Shown: positions 13,981-23,439 of the stretch, piece after piece
Layout of the letters: every line of letters begins with the position of its first letter
How positions within the stretch are numbered: the stretch's first letter is position 1
The notes under the pieces: model-generated
The model's database searches: none
Told to the model about the DNA's origin: nothing
The model's input: only the letters and a program-made list of their open reading frames with translations
Source of the DNA: Candidatus Binatia bacterium
Lineage (GTDB): Bacteria; Desulfobacterota; Binatia; DP-6
Direction of reading: 5' to 3'
Length of the DNA stretch: 64,000 nt
Assembly (NCBI GenBank): GCA_041496545.1
Contig: JBGQET010000011.1
Span: 3,731 to 67,730 of the forward strand
Position numbers and translations under genes: made by a program

Positions 13981-14952
13981 ATGGACTACGCCCGCCTCGG
14001 CCGCACGCGCCTCACGGTCAGCCGCCTCTGCCTCGGCACCATGAACTTCGGCCCCCTCACCGCCGAAGCCGACAGCTTCGCCATCATGGACCGCGCCCTC
14101 GACGCCGGCGTCAACTTCTTCGACACCGCCAACGTCTACGGCTGGCGCACGGGCGAGGGTGTCACGGAGCAGATCGTCGGCCGCTGGCTGGCCGAGGGCG
14201 GCGGGCGGCGCGAGCGCGTCGTCCTCGCCACCAAGGTCTACGGCAAGATGGGCGAGGGGTCGAACGACCGCGGCCTCTCCGCGTACCACATCCGCCGCGC
14301 GTGCGACGAGAGCCTGCGCCGCCTCCAGACCGACCGCATCGACCTCTACCAGATGCACCACGTCGATCGGGACGCGCCCTGGGACGAGATCTGGCAGGCG
14401 ATGGAGCAGCTCGTGACGGCGGGCAAGGTGCTCTACGTCGGCAGCAGCAACTTCGCCGGCTGGCATCTCGCCCAGGCGAGCGCGAGCGCCGCCGCCCGGC
14501 ACTTCCTCGGCGTCGTCTCCGAGCAGTGCCTCTACAACCTCGCCGCGCGCACGGTGGAGCTGGAGATCCTGCCCGCCTGTCGCGGCCTTGGCCTGGGCGT
14601 CCTGCCGTGGAGCCCGCTCGGCGGCGGGCTGCTCGGCGGCGCGCTCGCCAAGGGGGAAAAGGGACGGCGGGCGAACGAGCGCCTGCGGCGCAGCGTCGAG
14701 AAGCACCGCGCCGCGCTCGAGGCGTACGAGGGGCTCTGTCGCGAGCTCGGCGAGGCGCCTGCCGACGTCGCCATCGCCTGGCTCCTCGGGCGGCCGGGGG
14801 TGACGGCGCCGATCGTCGGCCCGCGGACGATGGAGCAGCTCGCGGGCGCGCTGCACGCCCTCGACGTCCGGCTCCCGCCCGACGCCGTCGAGCGGCTCGA
14901 CCGCATTTGGCCGGGTCCCGGCGGCGAGGCGCCTGAGGCGTTCGCCTGGTGA
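13981..14952 (+). CDS. Aldo/keto reductase
   Basis: CLGTMNFG, FDTANVYG, SLRRLQTDRIDLYQMH, PWSPLGGG. Confidence 0.95.
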   Translation: MDYARLGRTRLTVSRLCLGTMNFGPLTAEADSFAIMDRALDAGVNFFDTANVYGWRTGEGVTEQIVGRWLAEGGGRRERVVLATKVYGKMGEGSNDRGLSAYHIRRACDESLRRLQTDRIDLYQMHHVDRDAPWDEIWQAMEQLVTAGKVLYVGSSNFAGWHLAQASASAAARHFLGVVSEQCLYNLAARTVELEILPACRGLGLGVLPWSPLGGGLLGGALAKGEKGRRANERLRRSVEKHRAALEAYEGLCRELGEAPADVAIAWLLGRPGVTAPIVGPRTMEQLAGALHALDVRLPPDAVERLDRIWPGPGGEAPEAFAW

Positions 14953-14984
14953 GCCGCGTTGCTCCGGGCGGAGCGCGGCGGTAA

Positions 14985-16187
14985 ATGATCGGCATGCTCC
15001 AGCGGCTCCATCACGACGGCGCGGTCGACGCGGACGGGCACGTGCTCGAGCCGCCCGACCTCTGGGACCGCTACCTCGAGGCGCGCTGGCGCGACCACCC
15101 GATGGGCGTGCGCAAGGACGCGCAGGGGCTCGAGTACCTGGAGATCGACGGGCGCGAGTCGAAGATGGTTCGCCGCGGGCTGCCCGGTGGTCTCGGCGCG
15201 ATGGACCTGGTCGGGGACATCCCGCGCCCGTCGCGCCCGCCGTCGGGCCTGGCCTACCTCGACAACGCCGGGCTCGGCGCCTTCGACGCCAAGGAGCGGC
15301 TCGCGCGGCTCGACCAGGAGAACCTCGACCTCGCCGTCCTCTACCCCACGCTCGGCGTGCTCTGGGAGGCCGAGTGCGAGGACCTCGCGCTGGCGCAAGC
15401 GTACACCCGCGCCTACAACCGCTGGATCGTCGACTTCTGCCGCGACGGCGCCGGTCGGCTGGTACCGATCGCGCACGTCTCGCTCGGGCTCCCGGAGGAG
15501 GCGGAGCGGGAGGTCACGCGCGCCGCGCGCGACGGCGTGAAGGGCGTCTTCATCGCGCCTTTCGTCATGACCCGGAAGGCGCCGGGCCACCCGGACCACG
15601 ATCGCGTCTTCCGCGCCGCCGAGGAGGCGGGCCTCCCGATCGGCATCCATCCCACGTTCGAGCCCTTCTGGGCGGCGCCGGGACGCTTCGGGCGCATGAC
15701 GGACGCGTCGCTCTCCTTCATCATCAACGTGACGGCCGCCGACGCCGTCCGCCACGCGTTTACCTCGTTCTTCCAGTTCGGCGTCTTCGACAAGTTCCCG
15801 CGTCTCAAGGTCGTGGTGCTCGAGTCGGGCGCGGGGTGGATCGGCTACTGGCTCGAGCGCATGAACACGGTCTACGGCACGCCGCTCGGCCGGAACGTCC
15901 CGCTGCGGGAGAAGCCCAGCGTCTACTTCCGGCGCCAGTGCTGGATCTCGTGCGATCCCGACGAGCGCTCGCTCGCCGGCGTCATCCCGCTCGTCGGCGA
16001 GGACCGCTTCTTCTGGGCCTCCGACTTCCCGCACCCCGACCACGCGCCGCGCTACCTGAGCGAGCTCGAGGAGCTGGTCGGCATGCTACCGCCCGCCACG
16101 GGCTGGAAGCTGATGAGCGACAACGTACGCGCCGCGTACGGTCTGCCTCAGCGCTCGACGACGACCCCGCGCCAGAACGCGACGTGA
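14985..16187 (+). CDS. Amidohydrolase_2 family protein
   Basis: DADGHVLEP, YNRWIVDFC, WASDFPHPD; start may be 14994. Confidence 0.9.
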   Translation: MIGMLQRLHHDGAVDADGHVLEPPDLWDRYLEARWRDHPMGVRKDAQGLEYLEIDGRESKMVRRGLPGGLGAMDLVGDIPRPSRPPSGLAYLDNAGLGAFDAKERLARLDQENLDLAVLYPTLGVLWEAECEDLALAQAYTRAYNRWIVDFCRDGAGRLVPIAHVSLGLPEEAEREVTRAARDGVKGVFIAPFVMTRKAPGHPDHDRVFRAAEEAGLPIGIHPTFEPFWAAPGRFGRMTDASLSFIINVTAADAVRHAFTSFFQFGVFDKFPRLKVVVLESGAGWIGYWLERMNTVYGTPLGRNVPLREKPSVYFRRQCWISCDPDERSLAGVIPLVGEDRFFWASDFPHPDHAPRYLSELEELVGMLPPATGWKLMSDNVRAAYGLPQRSTTTPRQNAT

Positions 16188-16432
16188 TCCTTGATCTTCC
16201 GCGCCGCGTTCGTTGGTGCGGGGTAGAACCACGCCGCGTCCTTGTTGGTCTGCCCGTCGACCACGACGTCATAGTAGCTGGCCATGCCCTTCCAGGCGCA
16301 GCGGGTGTGCGTCGCGCTCTCGCGCAGATGGCGGCGGTTCACCCCCTCGGGCGGGAAGTAGATGTTGCCCTCCACGTCCTCGAAGCGATCGCTCTGGGCG
16401 AGCACGACGCCGTTCCAGGTGGCACGCGGCAT
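16148..16432 (-). CDS. DUF427 protein
   Basis: EGNIYFPP, CAWKGMASYY, AAWFYP, HVAFWRGV. Confidence 0.9.
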   Translation of the reverse strand: MPRATWNGVVLAQSDRFEDVEGNIYFPPEGVNRRHLRESATHTRCAWKGMASYYDVVVDGQTNKDAAWFYPAPTNAARKIKDHVAFWRGVVVER

Positions 16433-16509
16433 GGGATCGAGCCTCCCCGGACGGTGGACAACAGTCAAGACCCTTCCCCGACCGCCCCGCGCGTGCGACA
16501 GTGCGGGGC

Positions 16510-16833
16510 GTGGACGGCCAGGAGTTCCTGAAGCGCGCCGACGAGTGCTTGCGGCGGGTGGAGACGTGGCTCGGGCGCCTGGACGAGAACGAGGTCGACT
16601 TCTCGACCGGCGACGGCCTCGTGACGATCGAGTTCCCGGACGACGCCCGCTTCGTGCTCAACCGCCAGACCGCCGCGAGCCAGATGTGGCTCGCCGCCGG
16701 CGCCCGCGCCTGGCACTACCGCTGGGACCCGGCCCGCGCCACCTGGGCCGACGACCGCGACGCCCACGAGCTGTGGACCCGCCTCGCCGAGGTCGTCGGC
16801 GGGAAGGTCGGGCACTCCGTCGACGCGCCGTAG
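16510..16833 (+). CDS. cyaY: Frataxin-like iron donor CyaY
   Basis: GLVTIEF...FVLNRQ...QMWLA...HY; GTG start. Confidence 0.88.
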   Translation: MDGQEFLKRADECLRRVETWLGRLDENEVDFSTGDGLVTIEFPDDARFVLNRQTAASQMWLAAGARAWHYRWDPARATWADDRDAHELWTRLAEVVGGKVGHSVDAP

Positions 16834-16847
16834 CGCGCCGAACCCGC

Positions 16848-17300
16848 CTACGCCCCGTCGGGCAGTGGAGCGAGCCTGGCCTTCGTCTCGGCGATGTCGA
16901 ACACGTGTATCAGGTGGCGTAGGCAGTCGGTCTCGCTCAGGAGCCCGACCAACGTTCCGTCCTCCACGACCGGCAGACAGCCGATCTTCTTGTGGAGCAT
17001 GGTCTCCACCGCGCTCCGGACCGTGGCGTCGGGCGCCACGGTGAACACGTTGGTCGTCATGACCGCGTTGACCGCCACCGTGGCGAGCCACTCACGCTCC
17101 TCGCGGCGGGGAAGCTGGAGCAGCGAGGAGAGGCCGGCACGCAGCAGGTCGCGGTGCGAGAGGATGCCGACGAGGCGTCCCCGGCTCACCACCGGCAGAT
17201 GGCGGATTCGGCCGAGCTGCATGATGTCCTGCGCGAGGTCGAGGCGGTCGCCGACCTCGAGGGTCGTGACCTCGCGCTCCATGAGCTCACGGACGAGCAT
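16848..17300 (-). CDS. Tandem CBS domain protein
   Basis: IRHLPVV..GRLVGILSHRDL; IGCLPVVEDGTLVGLLSETD. Confidence 0.92.
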   Translation of the reverse strand: MLVRELMEREVTTLEVGDRLDLAQDIMQLGRIRHLPVVSRGRLVGILSHRDLLRAGLSSLLQLPRREEREWLATVAVNAVMTTNVFTVAPDATVRSAVETMLHKKIGCLPVVEDGTLVGLLSETDCLRHLIHVFDIAETKARLAPLPDGA

Positions 17301-17312
17301 GCCCTTCGCGGA

Positions 17313-17328
17313 TTCAAATTGCGTGCCG
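17313..17328 (-). promoter_or_regulatory. Possible sigma54 promoter for the CBS gene
   Basis: CGGCAC-N5-TTGAA on minus strand (imperfect -12 element). Confidence 0.35.
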
Positions 17329-17524
17329 ACGAGACCGCCGCCATGGCGCGACGGCTCCTTCGCAAGGTCGGGAAAATCGGGCGCGTCCCAATCCGCGGGC
17401 GCGGAATGGCACGACGCGGACCGCGTGGTGGTTGCGGCGCCGGCATGCCGAGCAGTTGCGCCGTTGCGGGACGCGCCGGTGGCCGGGTAGCATCGAGTCT
17501 GCGGTGCGGTGACGGGGCGAGGTC

Positions 17525-18982
17525 ATGGAGGTTGGGGGCATGAGGTCCTGGCGCGGAGCGATGGGCGGCGCGATCCTCGCCGCCGTGGCGAGCGGCCCGG
17601 CCCCTGCGGCAGCCGCGGGCGCCACGGTCCTGGCGCCGTCGTACGACGGTCACTTCGCCGCGGTCCGGCCGCGCGCCGCGGGGCTCGTCGTGGCGGTGTT
17701 CACACAGACGAGCCACGCGGTGAAGGGGACGGTCACCATCACGCTCGACGAGCCGGAGCTCTCCGGCGACTACGCCGTGACGGGCCGCGCGCAGGGTCGC
17801 CGCGTCACGCTCGCGGGTCGGGGCGCGGGCAAGCGGTCGCTTCGCTGGAGCGGGCGCCTGGTCGACGCCACGCAGCTCCGCGGCCGGGCCGTTCTCCGGG
17901 CGCCTCACCGCCGCCGCCAGGGTTTCCTCGTGCTCGTCCGGCGCATCGCCGGGGGCGATGCCTGCGACGCGTACTTCCGCGACGCGGTGATGGCACGCGT
18001 GCTCGCGCCCGTCTGCGCCAACTGTCACGTGGCGGGCGGGCTCGCGCAGGGGACCCGCCTCCGCGTCACGCTCGACGACCTGGTCGCGACGCGGGCGAGC
18101 GTCGACCGCGTGATCGACCTCGCGCGTCCTGCCGACTCGCTGCTCCTCCACAAGCCGCTCGGCGAGCTCGGGCACGGCGGCGGCACGCAGCTCGCGCGCG
18201 GTGGCGAGCAGATCGGCATCCTCGGCCACTGGGTGGACCTGATGGCAGAGGGCGGGTGCGTGAGCGGCGGCGGGCCGACCGGCGGCGGCGGTGGCGCGAG
18301 CGGCGCCGGTCTCTACGCGGCGCGCTGCGCCTCCTGCCACGGCGACGACGCGCGCGGCCTCCCGGGCCGGCCGAACGTCCGCTGCAACCCGAGCATCCAC
18401 GACACGGTCCGGCTGGGACGGCGCGGTCCGCTCGGTGATATGCCGCCCTTCCCAGACCTGAGCGATGCGGCCATCGCGGGGATCCAGCAGTACCTCGACG
18501 GCCTCTGCGAGGCCGGGGGCGCGAGCGGCAGTGACGTCTACGCCGGCACCTGCGCGCGCTGCCACGGAGCCGACGCGACCGGCACGGTGAGCGGTCCGAA
18601 CGTCCGTTGCGCCACGCGGGTCGAAGACGCCGTCCTCTACGGCCGCGGCCAGGTCATGCCGTCGTTCGCGTTCGGGGCGACGCGGCTCGGCGCGCTGGTG
18701 ACGTACCTCGACGCACTCTGCACCGCCGCAGGCGCGACGGGCGGGGACCTCTATGCCGGTAACTGCGCCAGCTGCCACGGCGCCACCGCCGCGGGCGGGC
18801 AGAACGCGAACGGGGTGCGTGGCGAGGGCATCCGGTGCGCGAGCGCCAACGATCTCGCCGAGAAGATCATGTTCGGCGAGGAGCGCATGCCGGCCTTCCC
18901 GCGGCTCGCCACGAACGCGAGGGTCCTCGCCATCGCGAGCTACCTCGGCGCCATCGGTCCGTGCACCGGCGGCGGTGACTGA
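17525..18982 (+). CDS. Secreted tetraheme c-type cytochrome
   Basis: Signal peptide; CANCH, CASCH, CARCH, CASCH; MP distal-ligand motifs. Confidence 0.88.
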   Translation: MEVGGMRSWRGAMGGAILAAVASGPAPAAAAGATVLAPSYDGHFAAVRPRAAGLVVAVFTQTSHAVKGTVTITLDEPELSGDYAVTGRAQGRRVTLAGRGAGKRSLRWSGRLVDATQLRGRAVLRAPHRRRQGFLVLVRRIAGGDACDAYFRDAVMARVLAPVCANCHVAGGLAQGTRLRVTLDDLVATRASVDRVIDLARPADSLLLHKPLGELGHGGGTQLARGGEQIGILGHWVDLMAEGGCVSGGGPTGGGGGASGAGLYAARCASCHGDDARGLPGRPNVRCNPSIHDTVRLGRRGPLGDMPPFPDLSDAAIAGIQQYLDGLCEAGGASGSDVYAGTCARCHGADATGTVSGPNVRCATRVEDAVLYGRGQVMPSFAFGATRLGALVTYLDALCTAAGATGGDLYAGNCASCHGATAAGGQNANGVRGEGIRCASANDLAEKIMFGEERMPAFPRLATNARVLAIASYLGAIGPCTGGGD

Positions 18983-19032
18983 CGCTGCGGGTCGGCTGGA
19001 CAATCGAGCGCGGAACTGCTCCTTGCTGCCTC

Positions 19033-19902
19033 ATGAAACGGATCGTGTGGGGAGTGGGGCTCGGAGCACTCCTGCTCGCCGGGCGTGTGGACGCGGTCGC
19101 CCGGGCGACGGCGCAGAGCGGGGTGGGACTCTACCTGACGTACTGCGCCCCCTGTCACGGCCCGACCGGCCGGGGCGACGGCCCCGAGGCCGCGATCTTC
19201 ACCCCGCGCCCGCGAAACCTGCGCGACGGCCTGCTCGATCGCTACGACACGCCAACGCTGGCGCGCACCGTCCGCGACGGCGCCGCGCTTCCCCTCGCCC
19301 TCGATCCGCCGGCACTCGAGCGACGCGGCGACGAGGTCGAGGCGATCGTCGGCTGGATCACGAAGCTGCCCGACGTGAACTGGGACCGGGTGTGGCACGG
19401 GCAGGACGTCTTCATCGACCGCTGCACGGGCTGCCACGGCGCCTTCGGTCGGCCCGATCCGACGTTGCCCGCGAAGCCGGTCGCGCCTCCCCGGGACCTC
19501 TCGGACCCCAAGTTTCAGGCGAGCATTACGGACGCCGACCTGTTGTCCGCCGTGCGCCACGGCCGCAAGGGCATGGCGCCCGTCAAGGGCCTCGAGCGAG
19601 AGGACGACGCGCGCGCGCTACTCGCATACGTCCGGACGCTCTCCCCGGGCTACATCCTCTACACGCGCTACTGCGCGAGCTGCCATGGCGAGGACGGCAA
19701 GGGCGGCGACCTCGTCGATCCGGGCCTCGTCCCGTCCATCGCCTTCGACCGCGACTACGTCCGCACCCATGACCCCGAGCGGCTACGGGCCAAGGTGTGG
19801 CACATGCTCGCGGGCCAGCGCCCCGCGATGCCTCACTTCCGCGTGCGTCTGAACGAGGGTCAGGCGCGCGCGATCGTCGAGTATCTCAAGAAGACGAAGT
19901 GA
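19033..19902 (+). CDS. Secreted triheme c-type cytochrome
   Basis: Signal peptide; CAPCH, CTGCH, CASCH. Confidence 0.88.
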   Translation: MKRIVWGVGLGALLLAGRVDAVARATAQSGVGLYLTYCAPCHGPTGRGDGPEAAIFTPRPRNLRDGLLDRYDTPTLARTVRDGAALPLALDPPALERRGDEVEAIVGWITKLPDVNWDRVWHGQDVFIDRCTGCHGAFGRPDPTLPAKPVAPPRDLSDPKFQASITDADLLSAVRHGRKGMAPVKGLEREDDARALLAYVRTLSPGYILYTRYCASCHGEDGKGGDLVDPGLVPSIAFDRDYVRTHDPERLRAKVWHMLAGQRPAMPHFRVRLNEGQARAIVEYLKKTK

Positions 19903-19908
19903 GGCGGG

Positions 19909-20985
19909 CTACATGCTCGCCTGGACGTCGGGGTCCGTGCCGCGGCCGAAGCGGTCGCCGAAGAGGATGCCGACCTTGCGGTACTTGTCCTCGGTCCGCT
20001 CGGTGATGAGCCCGAGGCGCGCCAAGTTCGGCACCACGGTGTGCATGAAGACCTCGCTGTTGACCTCGGCCCACCGCTCCATGTCGAGGACCATCTGCAC
20101 GACGTTCTGCGGGTCGAGGCCGTAGCGGGGTGCGAGGTCGTTCAGCATGTCGAGCTGCTGGTTGGCGTTCAGCGTCTCGAGCACGCTGAAGGCGAAGTCC
20201 TCCATCTCGGCCATCTCCTCCGGCGTCGCCTCGCGCACCGTGCGACGCATCGTCAGGATGCCGAAGGCGGCGTGACGCGCCTCGTCCTGCTTGACGCGCC
20301 GGATGACGTTGGAGAGGAGCGGGTTGGTCGAGCCCTTCTGGATCAGGTCGAAGATGCCGACCGCCATGCCCTCGAACAGGCACTGCATGCCGAGCGTCTT
20401 CGTCTTCCAGGTGGGCGCGGCGAGGAGCTTGTCGAGCAGGACTTTCAGGGTTCCCCCGATTGGGTAGATCGTGCCGATCTTGCGCTGGAGGAACTTGGAG
20501 ATCACCTCGACGTGCCGCGCCTCGTCGGCGACCTGCGAGGCGGCGTAGTACTTGGCGTCGAGCGTGGGGCAGGAGTTGGTGAGCTGGCCGCAGAGCTGGA
20601 GCGCGGCCTGCTCGCCGTGGAGGAGCTGCGAGAAGGTCCAGGCGAACTCGTCGAAGGACGCGCGCCGGCAGGTCTCGTCGTCGGCGCCGACGTGGGCGAG
20701 GATGGACGGCAGGAGCTGGAGGTCGGTCTTGGGGAGGAACCACTCGTCGCGCGGAAAGGGAGTCGTCCAGTCGATGTCGGTCTCCGCGTTCCACTGGCCG
20801 AGCTTGCCCTTCTCGTAGAGGGCGCGGAGCTCCTCGACCTCGCTGGCATAGTTCCAGGTCCAGTGGAGGTCGACCGGCACGTCGACGTCGATCTCGCCGC
20901 GCAGCGCCTCGAGCTTCTTCTCGTCGATCTCGACGATCTCGAAGTCGCCGATCTTCTTCCGGTAGTCCGCGAGGATCTTCTCCAT
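19909..20985 (-). CDS. Ferritin-like diiron protein (AurF-like)
   Basis: HGEQAA, DEARHV, EGMA, DEARHAAFG; GGAG SD before ATG 20985. Confidence 0.85.
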   Translation of the reverse strand: MEKILADYRKKIGDFEIVEIDEKKLEALRGEIDVDVPVDLHWTWNYASEVEELRALYEKGKLGQWNAETDIDWTTPFPRDEWFLPKTDLQLLPSILAHVGADDETCRRASFDEFAWTFSQLLHGEQAALQLCGQLTNSCPTLDAKYYAASQVADEARHVEVISKFLQRKIGTIYPIGGTLKVLLDKLLAAPTWKTKTLGMQCLFEGMAVGIFDLIQKGSTNPLLSNVIRRVKQDEARHAAFGILTMRRTVREATPEEMAEMEDFAFSVLETLNANQQLDMLNDLAPRYGLDPQNVVQMVLDMERWAEVNSEVFMHTVVPNLARLGLITERTEDKYRKVGILFGDRFGRGTDPDVQASM

Positions 20986-20999
20986 GAAGGTCTCCCGTG

Positions 21000-21644
21000 T
21001 CAGCGTGTGGGCCGCACGACCAAGCCGAAGCGAAGCAGGTCGCGCAGCTCGCGTTTGCGGCGGCGCACCTCGGCGCCGTCGAAGATGTCCTTGCCGAGAA
21101 CCTCGGCGCCGAACTCTCCCGACGCGAAGGGGAAGACGGCGACGCCGACCAGCGTCAGGAGGAAGTGCGGCACGTGGGCGGCGCGGAAGCGGCCGGTGCC
21201 CATGCCCTCGCGCAGGAGGCCGCCGACGGCCGCCATCATGCTCGCGATGGCGCGGTGGGCCTCTTGTTCCTCCGGCATGTTGCCCGCCAGCTCGTCGTCC
21301 TCGAACAGCGAGCGGAGCAGCAAGCGAGCGTAGGTCGGGTTGGCGGCGAGGAGGTCGACCAGCTCGTCGCACCACCGCTCCAAGCGGGCGAGCGGATCGC
21401 CGCCGGCGGCGAGCGAGCGCATGAGCCGCTCCTCGATGCGCGCGAGGATGCGCGCCGCGGCGGCGGCGTAGAGCTGGGGCTTGCTCCGGAAGTGATGGAA
21501 GAGCGACGACTTGCCGAGCCCGACGGTCTCCGCGATCTCCGCCAGCCCGACGCCGGCGTAGCCGCGCTTGGCGAACAGATGCTCGGCGGCGTCGAGGATC
21601 TTGTCGCGCGAGCTCTGCTCTGCGGCTGCGGTGATCGTGCTCAG
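21000..21644 (-). CDS. TetR/AcrR family regulator (probable CTG start)
   Basis: In-frame HTH RDKILDAAEHLFAKRGYAGVGLAEIAETVGLGKSSLFHHFRSK lies upstream of the first ATG (21422). Confidence 0.85.
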   Translation of the reverse strand: MSTITAAAEQSSRDKILDAAEHLFAKRGYAGVGLAEIAETVGLGKSSLFHHFRSKPQLYAAAAARILARIEERLMRSLAAGGDPLARLERWCDELVDLLAANPTYARLLLRSLFEDDELAGNMPEEQEAHRAIASMMAAVGGLLREGMGTGRFRAAHVPHFLLTLVGVAVFPFASGEFGAEVLGKDIFDGAEVRRRKRELRDLLRFGLVVRPTR

Positions 21645-21659
21645 GGAATCCGCTCCCGT

Positions 21660-21709
21660 CCGACCGGTCGGTCGGGTCCACCATTCCGCTCGGTCGGGCG
21701 CGGTGTCAA
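21660..21709 (-). promoter_or_regulatory. tetR promoter with palindromic operator
   Basis: TTGACA (21709-21704); 12-bp palindrome CCGACCGGTCGG at 21660-21671. Confidence 0.55.
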
Positions 21710-21754
21710 GCGGGGCTGGCGTTCGGATGGCACAATGTTCATAAGACCGTCCGG

Positions 21755-22594
21755 ATGGAGGGGCGCGTCTGCGTGGTGACGGGGGCCAGCTCGGGGATCG
21801 GCCGGGAGACGGCCGCCGCCCTCGCCCGCCGGGGCGCGAGGGTGGTGCTGGTCTGCCGCGACCCGCAGCGCGGCGAGGAGACCCGGGCCGCGCTCATGGC
21901 CGCCACCAAGAACCCGAACATCGACGTGGTGCTGGCCGACCTGGGGTCGCAAGCGGCGATCCGCAAGCTCGCCGCCGCGCTGCTCGGCCACTACCCGCGC
22001 ATCCAGGTCCTGATCAACAACGCCGGCGTCCTGCACCTCCGGCGCACGACGACGGTGGACGGCGTCGAGACCGTCTTCGCCGTGAACCACCTGGCGTACT
22101 TCCTGCTCACCAACCTGCTGCTCGATCGCCTGATGGCGAGCGCGCCGGCGCGCGTCGTGAACGTCTCGTCCGACCTCCACCGGTGGAGCCGCATGAGCTG
22201 GGACGACCTCGGCGGCGAGAAGCGCTACCATCCGATGCGGGTGTACGGGCAATCGAAGCTGGCGAACCTGCTCTTCACCTACGAGCTGGCCCGCCGGCTC
22301 ACCGGCACGGGCGTGACGGTCAACGCCGTGCACCCCGGAGCGGTCGCGACCCGCCTCGGCCACAACAACGGCCGGATCGCGGCGCTGCTCGCGAGGGTGC
22401 TCGCGCCCGTGCTCCGCTCGCCCGCCAAAGGCGCCGAGGCGTCCCTCTACGCCGCGGTGGCGCCCGGGCTGGACGGCGTGAGCGGCAAGTACTTCGTCAA
22501 CTGCAAGGAGCGGCGCTCCTCGAAGGAGTCGTACGACACCGAGGCGGCGCGCCGGCTGTGGGAGCTGAGCGCGCGCATGACCGGGCTCGCGTGA
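21755..22594 (+). CDS. SDR oxidoreductase (retinol dehydrogenase-like)
   Basis: TGASSGIG, NNAG, VNHLAYF, YGQSK. Confidence 0.93.
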   Translation: MEGRVCVVTGASSGIGRETAAALARRGARVVLVCRDPQRGEETRAALMAATKNPNIDVVLADLGSQAAIRKLAAALLGHYPRIQVLINNAGVLHLRRTTTVDGVETVFAVNHLAYFLLTNLLLDRLMASAPARVVNVSSDLHRWSRMSWDDLGGEKRYHPMRVYGQSKLANLLFTYELARRLTGTGVTVNAVHPGAVATRLGHNNGRIAALLARVLAPVLRSPAKGAEASLYAAVAPGLDGVSGKYFVNCKERRSSKESYDTEAARRLWELSARMTGLA

Positions 22595-23439
22595 CCGCCC
22601 GGCACGCGCGCTTCGCGGGCGCACACGGCGTCGCGCTCGCCGGCGACGCACACGGCGACCCGGCCGCGCCGCCCGTCGTCCTCCTCCACGGCGGCGGACA
22701 GACCCGGCACGCCTGGGGCGGCACGGCGACGGCGCTCGCGCGCCGCGGCTGGTACGCGGTCGCGCTCGACCTCCGCGGCCACGGCGAGAGCGCGTGGGCG
22801 CCGGACGGCGACTACACGCTCGACGCCTTCGTGGGCGACCTGCGCGCCGTGGCGGCGACGTTCGCGCGGCGTCCCGCCGTCGTCGGCGCGTCGCTCGGCG
22901 GCTTCGCGGCGCTGGTGGGGGAGGGCGAGGCGCCCGGCGAGGTCGCGGCCGCGATCGTCCTCGTCGACATCGCGCCGCGCGTGCAGACCGCGGGCGTCGA
23001 GCGCATCGTCGCCTTCATGACCGCCAGCCCCGACGGCTTCGCGACCCTCGAGGAGGCGGCGGACGCGGTCGCCGGCTACGTCCACCACCGCCCGCGGCCG
23101 AAGGACCTGGCCGGGTTGAAGAAGAACCTCCGCCTCGGCGACGACGGCCGCTACCGCTGGCACTGGGACCCGCGCATGATGAGAGGTGACAAGCGCATCA
23201 ACGCGCGCAGCGACCCCGACCGGCTGGAGAACGCGGCGCGCGCGCTCCGCGTCCCGACCCTCCTCGTCCGCGGCCGCATGAGCGACGTGGTGAGCGAGGA
23301 GGACGCGCGTGCCTTCCTCGCCGTCGCGCCGCACGCGCGCTACGTCGACGTGTCGGGCGCGGGTCACATGGTCGCGGGGGACCGCAACGACCGCTTCACC
23401 GACGCGGTCGTCGACTTCCTCGCCGGGGTGCGCGTCTGA
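22591..23439 (+). CDS. Alpha/beta hydrolase
   Basis: LHGGGQTRHAW, GASLGG, GAGHMVAGD; GTGA overlap. Confidence 0.92.
   Translation: MTARHARFAGAHGVALAGDAHGDPAAPPVVLLHGGGQTRHAWGGTATALARRGWYAVALDLRGHGESAWAPDGDYTLDAFVGDLRAVAATFARRPAVVGASLGGFAALVGEGEAPGEVAAAIVLVDIAPRVQTAGVERIVAFMTASPDGFATLEEAADAVAGYVHHRPRPKDLAGLKKNLRLGDDGRYRWHWDPRMMRGDKRINARSDPDRLENAARALRVPTLLVRGRMSDVVSEEDARAFLAVAPHARYVDVSGAGHMVAGDRNDRFTDAVVDFLAGVRV

Noticed and set aside
19909-21684. 591-aa ORF suggesting a TetR-diiron fusion
   Set aside because: The upstream part is an off-frame reading of tetR; the diiron gene has its own SD and ATG at 20985
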